The translations under genes were made by a program, and so were the position numbers. From positions 1-46,819 of the IMG/VR virus record IMGVR_UViG_3300049172_000218: DNA of 46,819 nt, one strand, 5' to 3'. The notes beneath the pieces are model-generated. The model saw nothing but the letters and a program-made list of their open reading frames with translations. It was not told where the DNA came from and did not search any database. Every line of letters begins with the position of its first letter. Within the stretch, counting starts at the first letter, position 1. The stretch is from a virus (taxonomy: Duplodnaviria > Caudoviricetes). Below, one piece after another: positions 1-8,316 of the stretch.

Positions 1-1005
1 ATGACAACCTCCAGAAGACGGCTGAGAAGTTCACCAGCCATACGGAGGATCGACGTGGCTGAATTGGAAGTACTAGAGCAAGCGTATTTGAACCACCATG
101 TGGTGATGTCCTCATCGCCTAAGACCATCGAACACTACCGGAACACCTTCCTCTGCTTTCACCTGTTTCTCGATGAATCCGGCCACCCGCATGACAGCCA
201 GGCTCTCACAGCCGACATGATCGCCGAGTTTGCGGTTTGGCTCAAGCGGACACCGACCAAGGGATTTCGAGGAAAGACCGAACGGAGCATTGTCACCATT
301 CACGGGCAGCTCAAAGACCTGCGGGCTTTCACCCGCTGGCTGTTCGAGAACGACCGGCTGGAAACATTGCCGAAGATCTACCTGCCGAAGTTGCCACAGA
401 CGCTATTTCCCATCCTGTCCGACGAGGAGTTAATAAAAATCTTCTCGACCCAGCAGATGTCTACCGAAACCGAAATCGGCAAGCGAAACCGAGCCATCAT
501 TTCCTTCATGCTCGATACCGGCGTCAGGCTGGCCGAAGTCTCCTCGTTAAAACTGGAAGACATTCACCTGTCGGATGGCGTGGCGAAGGTATGGGGCAAG
601 GGTTCGAGAGAGCGAATGGTCTTCTTCTCGGCCACCACCGCTGATGCCATCAAACTGTGGCTGTCAGTCAGAGGTCAAGAACCTGGCCAACTGTTCTGGC
701 TCAATCCAGCAGGGGTGCGGATGATGATTGACCGAATTCAAAAGGAGGCGGGGCTCGAAGTCTTCCACGCTCACCAGATCAGGCATACCGCTTTCACCAT
801 CATGCTGCGCAACGACATGGACTCGCATAAGGTCAAACGTATCGCGGGCCACTCGTCCATACTCGTAACTGAGCGGTACCTATCTCTTTCAACCGGGGAT
901 CTCAAGGAAGCTCACCGAATCGCCTCCCCGGTAGAGAAGGTGGTTCGAGATATCAACCCACCAAATCGCACCAGGCGACGGTGGAGCAATAAGAAAGCAT
1001 CTTGA
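1..1005 (+). CDS. int: Tyrosine recombinase/integrase
   Basis: Catalytic motifs: RNRAIISFMLDTGVRLAEV (R), WGKGSRER (K), HQIRHTAF (HxxR), IAGHSSILVTERY (H/Y); N-terminal SAM-like region SPKTIEHY. Confidence 0.95.
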   Translation: MTTSRRRLRSSPAIRRIDVAELEVLEQAYLNHHVVMSSSPKTIEHYRNTFLCFHLFLDESGHPHDSQALTADMIAEFAVWLKRTPTKGFRGKTERSIVTIHGQLKDLRAFTRWLFENDRLETLPKIYLPKLPQTLFPILSDEELIKIFSTQQMSTETEIGKRNRAIISFMLDTGVRLAEVSSLKLEDIHLSDGVAKVWGKGSRERMVFFSATTADAIKLWLSVRGQEPGQLFWLNPAGVRMMIDRIQKEAGLEVFHAHQIRHTAFTIMLRNDMDSHKVKRIAGHSSILVTERYLSLSTGDLKEAHRIASPVEKVVRDINPPNRTRRRWSNKKAS

Positions 1006-1012
1006 GAGAGCA

Positions 1013-1045
1013 AAAAGGGAGGGGGTTCATCCCCTCCCTTTTCTT
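1013..1045. terminator. Bidirectional intrinsic terminator between int and convergent HTH gene
   Basis: AAAAGGGAGGGGG-TTCA-TCCCCTCCCTTTT hairpin with A/T tracts on both sides. Confidence 0.85.
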
Positions 1046-1109
1046 ATGCACCGCTGGCGAACTGGTTCCGGTGTGATCCGTGCAGCCGCGGCCGAGTGGG
1101 CCGAAACGC

Positions 1110-1385
1110 TTAACCCAGCATCTTTCGAGGTCCCATCGTCTTGACGACACTGCCTGCGAGCTCATTCAGGCCATAGAGCATCGTCAAATCCTTCTCCAGA
1201 ATCCGCCGATCGAAGATCAGGCCAATCCAGATTCTCATCACTATCTCTGGTGACGGATTCGACTTGTCTCCATGGTAGAGGCGGAAGAGATAGGCTCGGT
1301 CGACCCCACCGTCTTCTGCCACCTGGTTGAGGGTCTTGCCAGTGATCATCAACATTCGGTCGAGTGTGGTTTTGAAATCATCCAT
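1110..1385 (-). CDS. XRE/Cro-like helix-turn-helix regulator
   Basis: GKTLNQVAEDGGVDRAYLFRLYHGDKSNPSPE matches the XRE HTH pattern. Confidence 0.8.
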   Translation of the reverse strand: MDDFKTTLDRMLMITGKTLNQVAEDGGVDRAYLFRLYHGDKSNPSPEIVMRIWIGLIFDRRILEKDLTMLYGLNELAGSVVKTMGPRKMLG

Positions 1386-1876
1386 ATAACCTTTCCGTCG
1401 AACCCGAACTACTTCGACTCCGCCGTCTGGTTACTCACGCCCGACCTTATGCGCGATTGGGGCCAGCAGTGCATAGTCCCTATGCTAGCGGAAGTAGGTT
1501 GACAAAAATAGGGGTGGGAATAAGAATTTTGACCATTGGGTCCTACAGAGTAATCGTCACGGCCGAAACCGGCTTTACCACGACATCGGGCAGATTCCTC
1601 GTCGCTGGCTACACCTGTGGTTTGGCTCGTCAACTGTCAACGACCACAGCCGCCTCTCGTTGCGGGATTGCGGAGTTGTCCTTCACCCCATTAAGGGCAA
1701 GGAGCAGCCCTGCACCTTTGTCCGTGGTGGGGGAAGCGTCCGAGAGTGATGGCTTCCCCGTAATCTCGTCATCGTCTGTGTGGTGCCGTAATGCAGACGG
1801 GTGATCAAGCCTTATGACGACGCTGAACGTTTTGGTTGATCGACACAGGGGGTAGCCAGCAAATCCATTGTACCCC

Positions 1877-1906
1877 GCCGTAAGCCCGGCTGTAACGACC
1901 GCCGTA
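1877..1906 (+). repeat. Three GCYGTA hexamers at exact 12-bp period (left copy)
   Basis: GCCGTA 1877, GCTGTA 1889, GCCGTA 1901. Confidence 0.75.
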
Positions 1907-2044
1907 CCGCTAATACAAGCGCTACCGCGGCATTTCTCAGGAGTGTAGGAGGTTTCAAAGCAAGGTTCCAAATCACTAAGTTGTAGGGAGTTCCAACCCA
2001 AGGCTGTAAGTGAATGGGTACGAATTTTGCCAGGAGCGTGAAAG

Positions 2045-3040
2045 ATGCCACAAACAATCAAGGAACCGGTGACAGATGAGTGGGGCGGATCATTTTATCG
2101 AGACCGGACCGGCGAGTTTCTGGACGACAAATCCTCACCGTTCCTCGGGGCTGAGCCCATACCTTGGAAAACCATTACTGCCTCTCTTGGGGTGTTCCTG
2201 GGAATTTTCATAATTGGAATTTCTCTCTATTCCTTCGGACAAACTGCTACCTCCGAGTCTGCCGAAAACCAAGATGGCTCGTATAAATTCGGAGTGGTTT
2301 TGGCGACCCTAGTTTTCATGTCGCTCGCAGGACTTCTGATTTGGGGTTCTATCAAACTCTACCTCATGGGTAACGCAGAGAAGCAAATTCGCTTACAAAG
2401 TGACATCCGCTTGAAAGAGCTAAGGGAAGTGGCCCGACTGGGTGTGGCCCAGAACATGACCTTCGCAGATCTCCAGCGCATGGCACATGCGGCCAACCTT
2501 TCGATGGCTCAATACAGTGCCATCGTTCTCGGACACGTGGTTGAAAATGCCACTCAATTCGAAAAATACAAACGGGATCGAAAGGACGACAGGAGGAGGG
2601 AAGAGTTTCAGCGAGAGCACGAACGTGACCAGTGGCGGAGAGAAGAGAATCAGGCCGATCGACAGCACAAGGAGCGGATGCATAAAGCCACCCTTGAAAG
2701 TGAAGAGGCCAAATACTATATCAAGCTGAAGGAGCAGAAGCAGGATTGGGACTACCAGCTCCAGCGGCTCGAACGGCAACAAACGCACGATGAGCGCATC
2801 AAGACTGTCACCGAAATTAGCAACATCCGAGCGGCCATGATTGGTTCGTTAATGGAGTTGCGAGCAAACCCTGCCCTCGCAGGGCAAATCAATCAGATTG
2901 TCACAGCCCTCGATACCGTGCAGCAGGCGCTTGATCGGCCAGAATTCAACACACCGGATGGCGAGAGGAAGCGAGAAGTCTTTGACCAGCTGTTGACGCA
3001 GTTCCTGACCGACGCCTTCACCGGTAAAGCCAAAGCCTGA
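2045..3040 (+). CDS. Two-TM membrane protein with charged coiled-coil C-terminus; first gene of mobilisation operon
   Basis: Hydrophobic segments LGVFLGIFIIGISLY and FGVVLATLVFMSLAGLLIWG; R/E/Q-rich tail; AGGAG RBS; stop 2 nt before ATPase start. Confidence 0.8.
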   Translation: MPQTIKEPVTDEWGGSFYRDRTGEFLDDKSSPFLGAEPIPWKTITASLGVFLGIFIIGISLYSFGQTATSESAENQDGSYKFGVVLATLVFMSLAGLLIWGSIKLYLMGNAEKQIRLQSDIRLKELREVARLGVAQNMTFADLQRMAHAANLSMAQYSAIVLGHVVENATQFEKYKRDRKDDRRREEFQREHERDQWRREENQADRQHKERMHKATLESEEAKYYIKLKEQKQDWDYQLQRLERQQTHDERIKTVTEISNIRAAMIGSLMELRANPALAGQINQIVTALDTVQQALDRPEFNTPDGERKREVFDQLLTQFLTDAFTGKAKA

Positions 3041-3042
3041 AA

Positions 3043-4842
3043 ATGGAAACGCAGCTCATGAGTCTCGGGCATAAGGCTTTTGATCCCGCACGCCCGACCA
3101 TTGGCCGCTATCCACTCCGGATGGACCTGAAATCGCTCAGGTCCATTCACATTCTTGGTCAGCCGGGTTATGGCAAATCTACTCTGCTAGGCCGCCTGGC
3201 AGAGACTTTTGCCGATTTGGGTCACGGTGTCTTAGTGATCGACATTCGCGGGGACTTGGCCACCAACCTCGTCTGTCGAACCAAGCACGCGGATAGACTC
3301 ATTCTGGTCGATCCAGTTGAAGCTTCCACCACCGGCCACTACTGGTCGCTCAACCCCATGGATTTTGATCGCAAGAACCCGCAGCTGTTTGATCGCTACA
3401 CCGACCGGCTGCCGGATCTCTTCGCCCGGATTGGTATTCACGATCCAACTCTCATGCAGACCATCGAGAAACTGCTAACCGAAGGCGTCAGGTTGGCTCT
3501 GGCTACTCCAGACACATCCCTACTCGATGTCTACCTGGCCCTGCACGATGACCGGCATCGAGAACGACTGCTTCGCTCTCGACACGTTCCGCCGCTCACC
3601 AGAGACTACTTTCAGGAAGTGTTCACCAAGTCTGATCATCCACTGCGGAAGAACAACGCTGGTGGCATGACGCCTCGTGATCGCCGGATTGCCATCGACT
3701 CGACCGATTCCAGGCTTCGCCAAGTGCTGGGCGGAAACCTGCTCAACCGGATGCTGATCCAACCCCATACAACCCTCAACATCGCCCAGTGGCTAGACGA
3801 GGGCAAGCTCGTTGTCGTCAATCTCGATCAATCGAGGATGGGGGAACGTACTGCCCGCAAGATGGGCAACCTAATTCTCGGCGCCCTCTCCAATGACATC
3901 ATTCAGCGGCCGACTGGAGAGGTATCCCTTCCCTGGCGAATCATCGTCGATGAAGCGGCCGAACTAGCCAATCGCCCCTTTGCCGAGATGATCACCCAAA
4001 TGCGAACCCACTCGGTCTATCCCATCCTGGCCCATCAGAATCTCTCGCAACTCAAAGACGAAACCCTCGCCGACGCCGTATCGCAAGCCTCCTGCAAAAT
4101 CCGGTTCCGGCTTTCCGAAGTTGACGCCAAGACCATTGCCGATCGGTACTCTCCCGAATTCGCCGCTCATCTGATGAGTCTCCCTCCCTACCGAGCGCGG
4201 GTGATGTGGGACGCCTCCGACAATCGCCTGGTAGACAGTCGCCTTGGGGTCGATGTTGATCTACAAGATTGGTGGGGAGTTAGCGATACGGCCCAGCTTA
4301 CAGCGGCTCTTGCGGCGCAACGCTCCCTGGCCCAACACGAGTCGCATCAACGCCAGTTACTCCATCTTGAGCGGTTTAAGACTGCGTCAAAACATGGTGT
4401 AATGGAGGGAGCTTATGACGATGACCCAACCGACGACAAAACCTACCAACCCCCACCCCGGCCGGATGAACCGGGATCTGAAGAACTCCCGGAAACGCCC
4501 GATGGAGGGGATCCATCGTGGCTGGGACGCGTTGGAAGCCCTGTACCGGTACCGGGCGATGCAACCCAAGCACATGGCCCAGCTGTTGTTTCTGAAACTG
4601 CCGGATCCGACCGACCCGAGCCAGAGTCTGCCGAAAGCCCTCCGCTCAGCCCAGCAAGCGGCCAACCGCAACTGCCTCTACTGGCTGAAGAACCTGGGCT
4701 ACATCAAAGCGATCTCAATCGCGATTCAAAAAGGGGACTCGGCGACGGCGATGGAGATGTGCGCCCTGACGCCGAAGGGATTCGAGGTGCTCCAGGAGCA
4801 CCGACTGAACCACGGCCTGGAGGCCCACTCCAACCTAGTTAA
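3043..4842 (+). CDS. VirD4/TraG/TrwB-like coupling ATPase (HerA/FtsK superfamily)
   Basis: Walker A GQPGYGKST, VLVIDIRGDL, Walker B WRIIVDEAAE, ILAHQNLSQL, FRLSEVDA; acidic Pro-rich tail. Confidence 0.88.
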   Translation: METQLMSLGHKAFDPARPTIGRYPLRMDLKSLRSIHILGQPGYGKSTLLGRLAETFADLGHGVLVIDIRGDLATNLVCRTKHADRLILVDPVEASTTGHYWSLNPMDFDRKNPQLFDRYTDRLPDLFARIGIHDPTLMQTIEKLLTEGVRLALATPDTSLLDVYLALHDDRHRERLLRSRHVPPLTRDYFQEVFTKSDHPLRKNNAGGMTPRDRRIAIDSTDSRLRQVLGGNLLNRMLIQPHTTLNIAQWLDEGKLVVVNLDQSRMGERTARKMGNLILGALSNDIIQRPTGEVSLPWRIIVDEAAELANRPFAEMITQMRTHSVYPILAHQNLSQLKDETLADAVSQASCKIRFRLSEVDAKTIADRYSPEFAAHLMSLPPYRARVMWDASDNRLVDSRLGVDVDLQDWWGVSDTAQLTAALAAQRSLAQHESHQRQLLHLERFKTASKHGVMEGAYDDDPTDDKTYQPPPRPDEPGSEELPETPDGGDPSWLGRVGSPVPVPGDATQAHGPAVVSETAGSDRPEPESAESPPLSPASGQPQLPLLAEEPGLHQSDLNRDSKRGLGDGDGDVRPDAEGIRGAPGAPTEPRPGGPLQPS

Positions 4843-5404
4843 TCCAGTCCCGGTCATCTGCGACCAGTCGTTTGATCACTGGTTGCTGGGAATGGAGTCA
4901 GCCGTTTCCGCTGAAGCGGCTATCCGCTCAGTCGGTGGGAAGGTGACGACCTATTGGGACGAATATGAGATTCGCCAACGGTCCAAGAGACGCCGAGACG
5001 GCATCGATTGGGGCGGGCTCGAACCAGACGGCCTAATCATCGCCGAAATCAATGGCATCAAACACGCCATGTTGCCGGAAATCGATCGAGGCTTCCAACC
5101 GGTCGCCTCAAACGCTCCCAACTCCATTCGCACCAAGGGACACAAATACAAGAACTTTTTCATCCACTACCGGCAGTACGACCCCCTGCTGATGGATCTT
5201 AAGCAGCCGACGGTTCACTTCATTACCAAGTCAAAGCAACGTCTGGAAACGATACGGGAAGAGATCGAGAGCCAGGGCGGCAGGCAATCCTACTGGTACT
5301 CCACCTTCGAATGGATCCAGCCACCGTATTCCTTTCTGGGCCAGGTCTGGGAAGTGTCAGGACGGGAGGGGTACCACTCGCCACTCTCCATCTTTAAGCC
5401 GTAG
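4415..5404 (+). CDS. Replication-relaxation (Replic_Relax-type) relaxase
   Basis: N-terminal wHTH (LEALYRYRAMQPKHMAQLLF...ALTPKG), DHWLLG, PD-(D/E)xK-like core EPDGLI...EIDRG...KGHKY; GGAGG RBS; adjacent to coupling ATPase. Confidence 0.8.
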   Translation: MTMTQPTTKPTNPHPGRMNRDLKNSRKRPMEGIHRGWDALEALYRYRAMQPKHMAQLLFLKLPDPTDPSQSLPKALRSAQQAANRNCLYWLKNLGYIKAISIAIQKGDSATAMEMCALTPKGFEVLQEHRLNHGLEAHSNLVNPVPVICDQSFDHWLLGMESAVSAEAAIRSVGGKVTTYWDEYEIRQRSKRRRDGIDWGGLEPDGLIIAEINGIKHAMLPEIDRGFQPVASNAPNSIRTKGHKYKNFFIHYRQYDPLLMDLKQPTVHFITKSKQRLETIREEIESQGGRQSYWYSTFEWIQPPYSFLGQVWEVSGREGYHSPLSIFKP

Positions 5405-5463
5405 CAGCCGATGTAGCCCCGGCGCAACAAATGGAGAAGATCGAGCCCAATGGACCGATTTCA

Positions 5464-5493
5464 GCCGTAGGGCCAGCCGTATCCCCTGCTGTA
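5464..5493 (+). repeat. Three GCYGTA hexamers at exact 12-bp period (right copy)
   Basis: GCCGTA 5464, GCCGTA 5476, GCTGTA 5488; also GCCGTA 5398 and GATGTA 5410. Confidence 0.75.
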
Positions 5494-5527
5494 GGCGCCC
5501 GAGTCCTACAACTCATCTCATCGTGAG

Positions 5528-6004
5528 CTTTCTTCTTGGCCTTCGGCCATCTGACAGCTTCACTCTAGCAGATCAGTAAAATGTCCAGCTCCACTATGAT
5601 GCTATAGACCTTTCGACCGATCTGCCTGCTACTCGTCACTATAGATTGATCCTCAAGATTTCCCGATCACAATCGGCAGGGCCAGCCCTTGCCGATACCT
5701 CCTCTCCAGACACTCTCCTCCTCTCCGGATTGCTCCCTCTCTCCTTCCACTCCACTCATTTTTCATTTCATTGTCATGCCGCTACGCTCCAGTCGGTCAG
5801 TCGCACTCCTGCGCTCCGTTGACCGCCTTGCGCTCCAGCATCACCAAGCCCTGTCCGCCGATTGAACGGTCAATGGTGAGTCTCTACCTATAGCAACCAG
5901 CACCACGCCGATTTGCCGAAATGCCCATAGCATCTTCGTTCCCGCTTGAATTTGACAGACCTGCTACAGCAAATCTATCAGATGGCCGAAGGCCAAGAAG
6001 AAAG
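5528..6004. repeat. Long imperfect inverted repeat with perfect 27-bp outer arms; candidate single-strand origin or ssDNA promoter
   Basis: 5528-5554 CTTTCTTCTTGGCCTTCGGCCATCTGA is the exact reverse complement of 5978-6004; inner helices are in the same register. Confidence 0.85.
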
Positions 6005-6072
6005 GCAGGTCCTATGTAACAACACAGCCTCACTTTATTCATCAAGCGCACAAGCACACTAGTAGTCATGTT

Positions 6073-6537
6073 ATGGAGAACCACATGTTTATTATTCAAC
6101 TTACAGAAGAACAGATAGCGGCTATCCAGGTCAGAGACCGAAAATCGCTCAAGCGGCAGCCCAGACCCCAGATAAGGGAATCGAAAGACGCCTTTGAGCT
6201 GTTGAGGCATATGGGGCAGCTCAGCAAAGAGCATTGCATGGTGCTGACATTAGACTCTCGGAGCCAAGTTATAGGCAAGCATGAAATCAGCGTCGGTACC
6301 GTTGACGCTTCACTGCTTCATCCTCGCGAAGTGTTCAGGGTAGCAATCAAAGATGCGGCCAGATCACTAATTCTGGCTCACAATCACCCCAGCGGACAAT
6401 TAGATCCATCAGAAGATGATCTGCTCATAACCAAGCGGATAAAAACGGCTGGCCAGATAGTAGGCATTCCAGTTGTTGACCACCTGATCATCGGCCAGGG
6501 CGACTTCTACAGCTGGCGTGATAACGAGCGCATGTAG
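6073..6537 (+). CDS. radC: RadC-like JAB/MPN domain protein
   Basis: SVGTVDASLLHPREVF, AHNHPSG, S-x-DD, VVDHLIIG. Confidence 0.93.
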   Translation: MENHMFIIQLTEEQIAAIQVRDRKSLKRQPRPQIRESKDAFELLRHMGQLSKEHCMVLTLDSRSQVIGKHEISVGTVDASLLHPREVFRVAIKDAARSLILAHNHPSGQLDPSEDDLLITKRIKTAGQIVGIPVVDHLIIGQGDFYSWRDNERM

Positions 6538-6585
6538 GCTAGTGGGGAGAGAGACACCCCTATGACTTTACCAAGGAGACCTACT

Positions 6586-6837
6586 ATGAGATCAACACAA
6601 CGGATCGTACTCGCCCATCAAGAGGCTATGAGGCGCAAAGAATCAACCAAGTTCAGCGATGAATTCATCCGCATACAGGAGCGAAACGCAGAACGTAATG
6701 CCCTCCATTGGCTGCATCGTGCGGACATCGATGTCGACAGAGCAAAAGTCCTCGCTCTATTTGAACCTATCCTTCGCCGTTATTGGACACGGTGCGGATA
6801 CTCCCAAAGCTGGATCAATCGTCAATTTGCCCCTTGA
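6586..6837 (+). CDS. Hypothetical protein (start 6586 or 6562)
   Basis: AGGAG RBS before ATG 6586; follows radC. Confidence 0.55.
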   Translation: MRSTQRIVLAHQEAMRRKESTKFSDEFIRIQERNAERNALHWLHRADIDVDRAKVLALFEPILRRYWTRCGYSQSWINRQFAP

Positions 6838-6863
6838 CATTCTCAGCACTCACTAGATATTAT
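6834..6863 (+). promoter_or_regulatory. Sigma70-type promoter of the early small-gene operon
   Basis: TTGACA (6834-6839)-18 nt-TATTAT (6858-6863), followed by GTAGATGTTCAATCAC. Confidence 0.75.
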
Positions 6864-7048
6864 GTAGATGTTCAATCACCCAACAGCCTCGATACTTCCC
6901 CACCTATTTTGACTTTGAACACCATCCACTTGGACCGGTTCCACCTCCGGCCCAAGTGCGGTGGTTCTTGGCGTATGAGAGCACAACTATAGAGAGCAAA
7001 AGGCCTATCGACCGGCCTGTAATCGGTCGAATATGGAGAACCACAGTA

Positions 7049-7450
7049 ATGCTGCCAATGTTCAAACGAAGGAATCCACTAGAAGGGGCGAAGGTTTACC
7101 CGGTAGTTTCGCATCTCGACGCCGCCGCAAATCCTGAAGGGGGCGTGAATCTCACGATCCCAGTCAAGGTGTACGCTGGCCGACACTCCTGCGCGTCTCG
7201 ACTCGTCATCAACGTGGAGCGTGATGAGATAAAACAACTAGCCAGCATGACCGGCAGGATTCGCACACATACCCCGGTCGCAACGCGTAACGGTGCAGCG
7301 AAGAGACCAAAATTCTGCGTCAACAACCACCGACAGATATCCGAGAACGTCATCCACTGGCCTAAGGGTAATGAAGACTGTCGGATTTGTTATTTGGAGT
7401 GGAAGGTCAAGAAGGGCCTCAAGAAGTCCCAGAAGGCGGCTTCCGCATGA
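7049..7450 (+). CDS. Hypothetical protein with C-terminal C-x3-H...C-x2-C Zn motif
   Basis: GGAG RBS before ATG 7049; FCVNNHRQISENVIHWPKGNEDCRICY. Confidence 0.65.
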   Translation: MLPMFKRRNPLEGAKVYPVVSHLDAAANPEGGVNLTIPVKVYAGRHSCASRLVINVERDEIKQLASMTGRIRTHTPVATRNGAAKRPKFCVNNHRQISENVIHWPKGNEDCRICYLEWKVKKGLKKSQKAASA

Positions 7451-7641
7451 CCAAACTGATTATCAGCTCCCTCTTCCTCATGAGCTACCTAGCGCTCATC
7501 TATAAGGGTATTCCGCAATTCTTTCTTACCACTGTCTGGATGGACCTGCTATCGCTTGCCGTGAGCGTGATTGCCGGCGCCATCTTCATGGTTGGCTTTC
7601 TCGAAACCCTCGATCGATCCACCAGAAAGAGGCTGAAGTGA
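7447..7641 (+). CDS. Small two-TM membrane protein
   Basis: ATGA overlap with the previous stop; two hydrophobic stretches. Confidence 0.6.
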   Translation: MTKLIISSLFLMSYLALIYKGIPQFFLTTVWMDLLSLAVSVIAGAIFMVGFLETLDRSTRKRLK

Positions 7642-7820
7642 GCGGAGTTTTGACCGAACCACTTTTCCGCTATCTGAGCGCTTCACGGCTGACCAAACTC
7701 GCGTTGCTATTCTGCTCGCCAACCTTCACCTGGGACGGCCGCTACCGCATAACGACCAAGACTTGGCGAGGTCTGGATTATGTGACGGCGGTAGAAAACT
7801 TAGGCGGTGACGGTCGGTAG
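7638..7820 (+). CDS. Small hypothetical protein
   Basis: GTGA overlap coupling with the upstream gene. Confidence 0.5.
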   Translation: MSGVLTEPLFRYLSASRLTKLALLFCSPTFTWDGRYRITTKTWRGLDYVTAVENLGGDGR

Positions 7821-7896
7821 AAATCCTTGGGGCAATTTCCCGCCCCTATTCTGCCAGTCAGGATGTACCTGGACGGCAGAATGAAAGGCGGGAACC

Positions 7897-8121
7897 ATGA
7901 AGAGTCTGCGCTCCAGGCTGCAATCATTTAGTCGATTTCTAGCTACCGGTCCATTCCGGGGCCAACACAAACCCATTCGATTTGATGAGCACACCATTGC
8001 CACCACCGGCAATGACGCCATCACTCGGATGGAACACCTGGAAGATCGTGCGGACGTGTTCTCCTCGGCTGACGCCGACCGTGCGCGGGATATCGCCTAC
8101 TACGGTGATCGGGCATGGTAG
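7897..8121 (+). CDS. Small hypothetical protein
   Basis: ORF in operon orientation; next ORF overlaps its stop. Confidence 0.45.
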   Translation: MKSLRSRLQSFSRFLATGPFRGQHKPIRFDEHTIATTGNDAITRMEHLEDRADVFSSADADRARDIAYYGDRAW

Positions 8122-8264
8122 AGCGACTGATTGACCCAGCTTGGTGCCAGAGTGAGCCACCCGACTATGAAGACGGAACAGCCGTTTGCACCGAATGCGG
8201 CGCCATTCTCACCGAAGACGACGAGTTCGAGAGCGGCTTGTGCTGGGACTGCATGGAATTCTAG
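8115..8264 (+). CDS. 49-aa acidic Zn-finger protein (not in ORF track)
   Basis: Manual translation MVERLIDPAWCQSEPPDYEDGTAVCTECGAILTEDDEFESGLCWDCMEF; two CxxC pairs. Confidence 0.6.
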   Translation: MVERLIDPAWCQSEPPDYEDGTAVCTECGAILTEDDEFESGLCWDCMEF

Positions 8265-8316
8265 AGACACCGGCTTAGGGGAGCCAGCCGAATACAGGCT
8301 CCCACTACATATCACT

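Noticed and set aside
1409-2061. ORF-track ORFs of 74-143 aa upstream of the mob operon
   Set aside because: No RBS or motifs, mutually overlapping, and composition looks non-coding; treated as a regulatory region.
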